Position numbers and translations under genes: made by a program
Source: an uncultured Gemmataceae bacterium
Lineage (GTDB): Bacteria > Planctomycetota > Planctomycetia > Gemmatales > Gemmataceae
DNA: 64,000 bases
Reading direction: 5' to 3'
Assembly: GCA_963750165.1 (NCBI GenBank)
Contig: CAVVPN010000004.1
Location: forward strand, 1,276,910 to 1,340,909
Shown: positions 61,855-64,000 of the stretch, piece by piece
Layout: every line of letters begins with the position of its first letter
How positions within the stretch are numbered: position 1 is the stretch's first letter
Notes under the pieces: model-generated
What the model saw: the letters and a program-made list of their open reading frames with translations, nothing else
The model's database searches: none
Told to the model about the DNA's origin: nothing

Positions 61855-64000
61855 TCACGCCCGATAGCGCTCCTGCAGCGGCAGCACCGTCAGCTCACGC
61901 TGCCGCAGTTCCAGGCACGCCTCCACCGCCGCCTGGGCCGCCGCCAGCGTCGTGATGCACGTGACCCCGTGTGCCACCGCCGCGGCCCGGATGCGGCCCT
62001 CGTCCGTCCGCGCCCCCTTGCCGCTCGGCGTGTTGATCACCAGCGCCACCTGATCGTTCTTCATGTGGTCGATCAGGTTCGGCCGGCCCTCCTGGATCTT
62101 TGGGATTTCCTCGACGGCGATACCGGCCCGTTGCAGCGCCTGGGCGGTGCCGCGCGTCGAGATTAGCTTGTAGCCCATCGTCGCCAGCGCCCGCGCTACC
62201 GGCAGCACCTCCACCTTGTCGCGGTCGGCCACCGAGATGAACACCGTGCCCGACCGCGGCAACGCGCTGTTCGCCGCCAGCTGGCTCTTGGCGAACGCCA
62301 TCGGAAAACTCTCGGCGATGCCCATCACCTCGCCGGTCGAGCGCATCTCCGGCCCCAGGATGATGTCCACGCCCGGGAACTTGTTGAACGGAAACACGCT
62401 CTCCTTGACGCTGAAGTGCCGCGGCGTTACCTCGTCCCGCAGCCCCAGTTCGTCGAGTGTCTTGCCGACCATGACCAGCGCCGCCAGCCGGGCCAGCGGC
62501 ACGTTCGTGGCCTTGGCGACGAACGGCACCGTCCGGCTCGCCCGTGGGTTGACCTCCAGCACGTACACCCCCCCCACATCCCCTCCCTCACAGGGGGAAG
62601 GGGGGGGTTTGGCCACCGCGAACTGCACGTTCATCAGCCCCTTGACCTTCAGCTCCAGCGCCATCGCTGTCGTCTGCCGCTTGATCTCGGCGATGACCGG
62701 TTGCGGCAGGCTGTGTGGCGGCAGCACGCACGCACTGTCGCCGGAGTGAATGCCCGCCTCCTCGATGTGCTGCATGACGCCGCCGATGAACGTCCGCGTG
62801 CCGTCGGCGATGCAATCGACATCGACCTCCATCGCCGACTCCAGAAACTTGTCGATCAGGATCGGCTTGCCGGGTGACACCTCCAGGGCCCGCTCCATGT
62901 AGCGGCGCAGGGCCTCCTCGTCGTAGACGATCTCCATCGCCCGGCCGCCCAGGACGTAGCTGGGCCGCACCAGCACCGGGAAGCCGATTCGCCGCGCCGC
63001 CAGCAGTGCCTGCTGCGTCTCGGTCACGGTGTCGTTGGCCGGCTGCCGCAGCCCCAGCAGGTTGACCAGCGTCTGGAAGCGCTTGCGGTCCTCGGCGATG
63101 TCGATGCTGTCCACACTGGTGCCGATGATCGGCGCCCCCGCCGCCTCCAGCGCCTTGGCCAGGTTCAACGGCGTCTGGCCGCCGAACTGCACGATCAGGC
63201 CCTTCGGGTTGGTGCGCTCGCAGACGTTGAGCACGTCCTCGGCGGTCAGCGGCTCGAAGAACAGCAGGTCGCTGGTGTCGTAGTCGGTGGACACCGTCTC
63301 CGGGTTGGAGTTGACCATGATGGTTTCGTAGCCCGCCGCCTTGAGGCGCAAATGCGGCCTGGCAGCAGCAATAGTCGAACTCGATGCCCTGGCCAATGCG
63401 GTTGGGGCCGCCGCCCAGGATCAGGATGCGCTCCTTGCCGGGCACCGGCGGGCGGACTTCATCTTCGGAACTGGCCCCCCCCTGTTGTGGCCTGGTCTCC
63501 GGACCAGGCCACGCGCTGCGACCGAAGGTCTCCCCGGGCGAGAGGCTGTGGAGACCTTCGGTCGCAGCCGTGGCCTGGTCCGGAGACCAGGCCACAACAG
63601 CGGCGGGCCGTTCGTAGGTCGAGTAAGAGTACGCCGTGTACGCCTCGAACTCCGCGGCGCAGGTGTCGACAAACTTGTACACCGGCTCGACGCCGTGCGC
63701 CTTGCGATGGCGAGCGACACTTCTCAGCTGCGTCTGTGCCACAGGCACGCCAGCTGCATGTCGGAGAAGCCCTCCTGCTTGGCTTGCCACAGTAGTTCGA
63801 CCGACGCCGCCTCCATCGTCGGACACGCCCGCAGCAGTTGCTCCGTCTCCAGCAGGCCCGCGATGTGATGCAAAAACCAGCGGTCGATCTTCGTGCGCTG
63901 GTACACCTCCTCGACCGTCAGGCCGTCCAGCAGGGCGTAGTGCAATGACCAGACTGGGCTGGGCGTTCGGCGTCGCCAGCTTGTTGAGGATCTGCTCGCG
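61855..64000 (-). CDS. carB: Carbamoyl-phosphate synthase large subunit, partial; frameshifted
   Basis: [69 protein letters not shown] domain. Confidence 0.95.

Noticed and set aside
4566..63960. Widespread frameshifts (exosortase, kinases, pyrK, ECF, nuoJ, lysC, S46, OPT, carB) as pseudogenisation or programmed frameshifting
   Set aside because: They hit essential genes, are single-base and show no consistent slippery motif or in-frame stops; long-read indel errors are the simplest explanation.

Overview
High-GC bacterial DNA with a gene repertoire typical of Planctomycetota, most like Gemmataceae (DUF1559 prepilin-type proteins, BBP7/DUF1551 barrel, DUF4058, ECF sigma factor with C-terminal extension, many Ser/Thr kinases, '...CWVVDLLLGK' family). 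Many conserved genes carry single-base frameshifts, most likely uncorrected long-read errors, so several calls join ORF fragments. In order: an exosortase/EPS locus with a PEP-CTERM substrate (1-9.1 kb); BBP7 barrel; PrpD; TIGR00300 plus a deoxyhypusine-synthase-like gene; a kinase-rich block including a kinase-like/PilZ fusion; DUF1559 pair; pyrK, rluB-like, ECF; scpB; nuoH-J-K-L-M-N with large insertions; tatD; aspartate kinase; aroB; S46 peptidase plus an OPT transporter with a LysM-like insert; partial carB. The most striking unannotated signal is a dense set of palindromic miniature elements. These include REP doublets packaged inside TIR/TSD-bounded MITEs, a three-layer nested insertion between nuoM and nuoN, an ISL3-like MITE splitting a gene, and palindromes that sit in-frame inside carB and a kinase. 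All family assignments are from motif recognition, not database searches.
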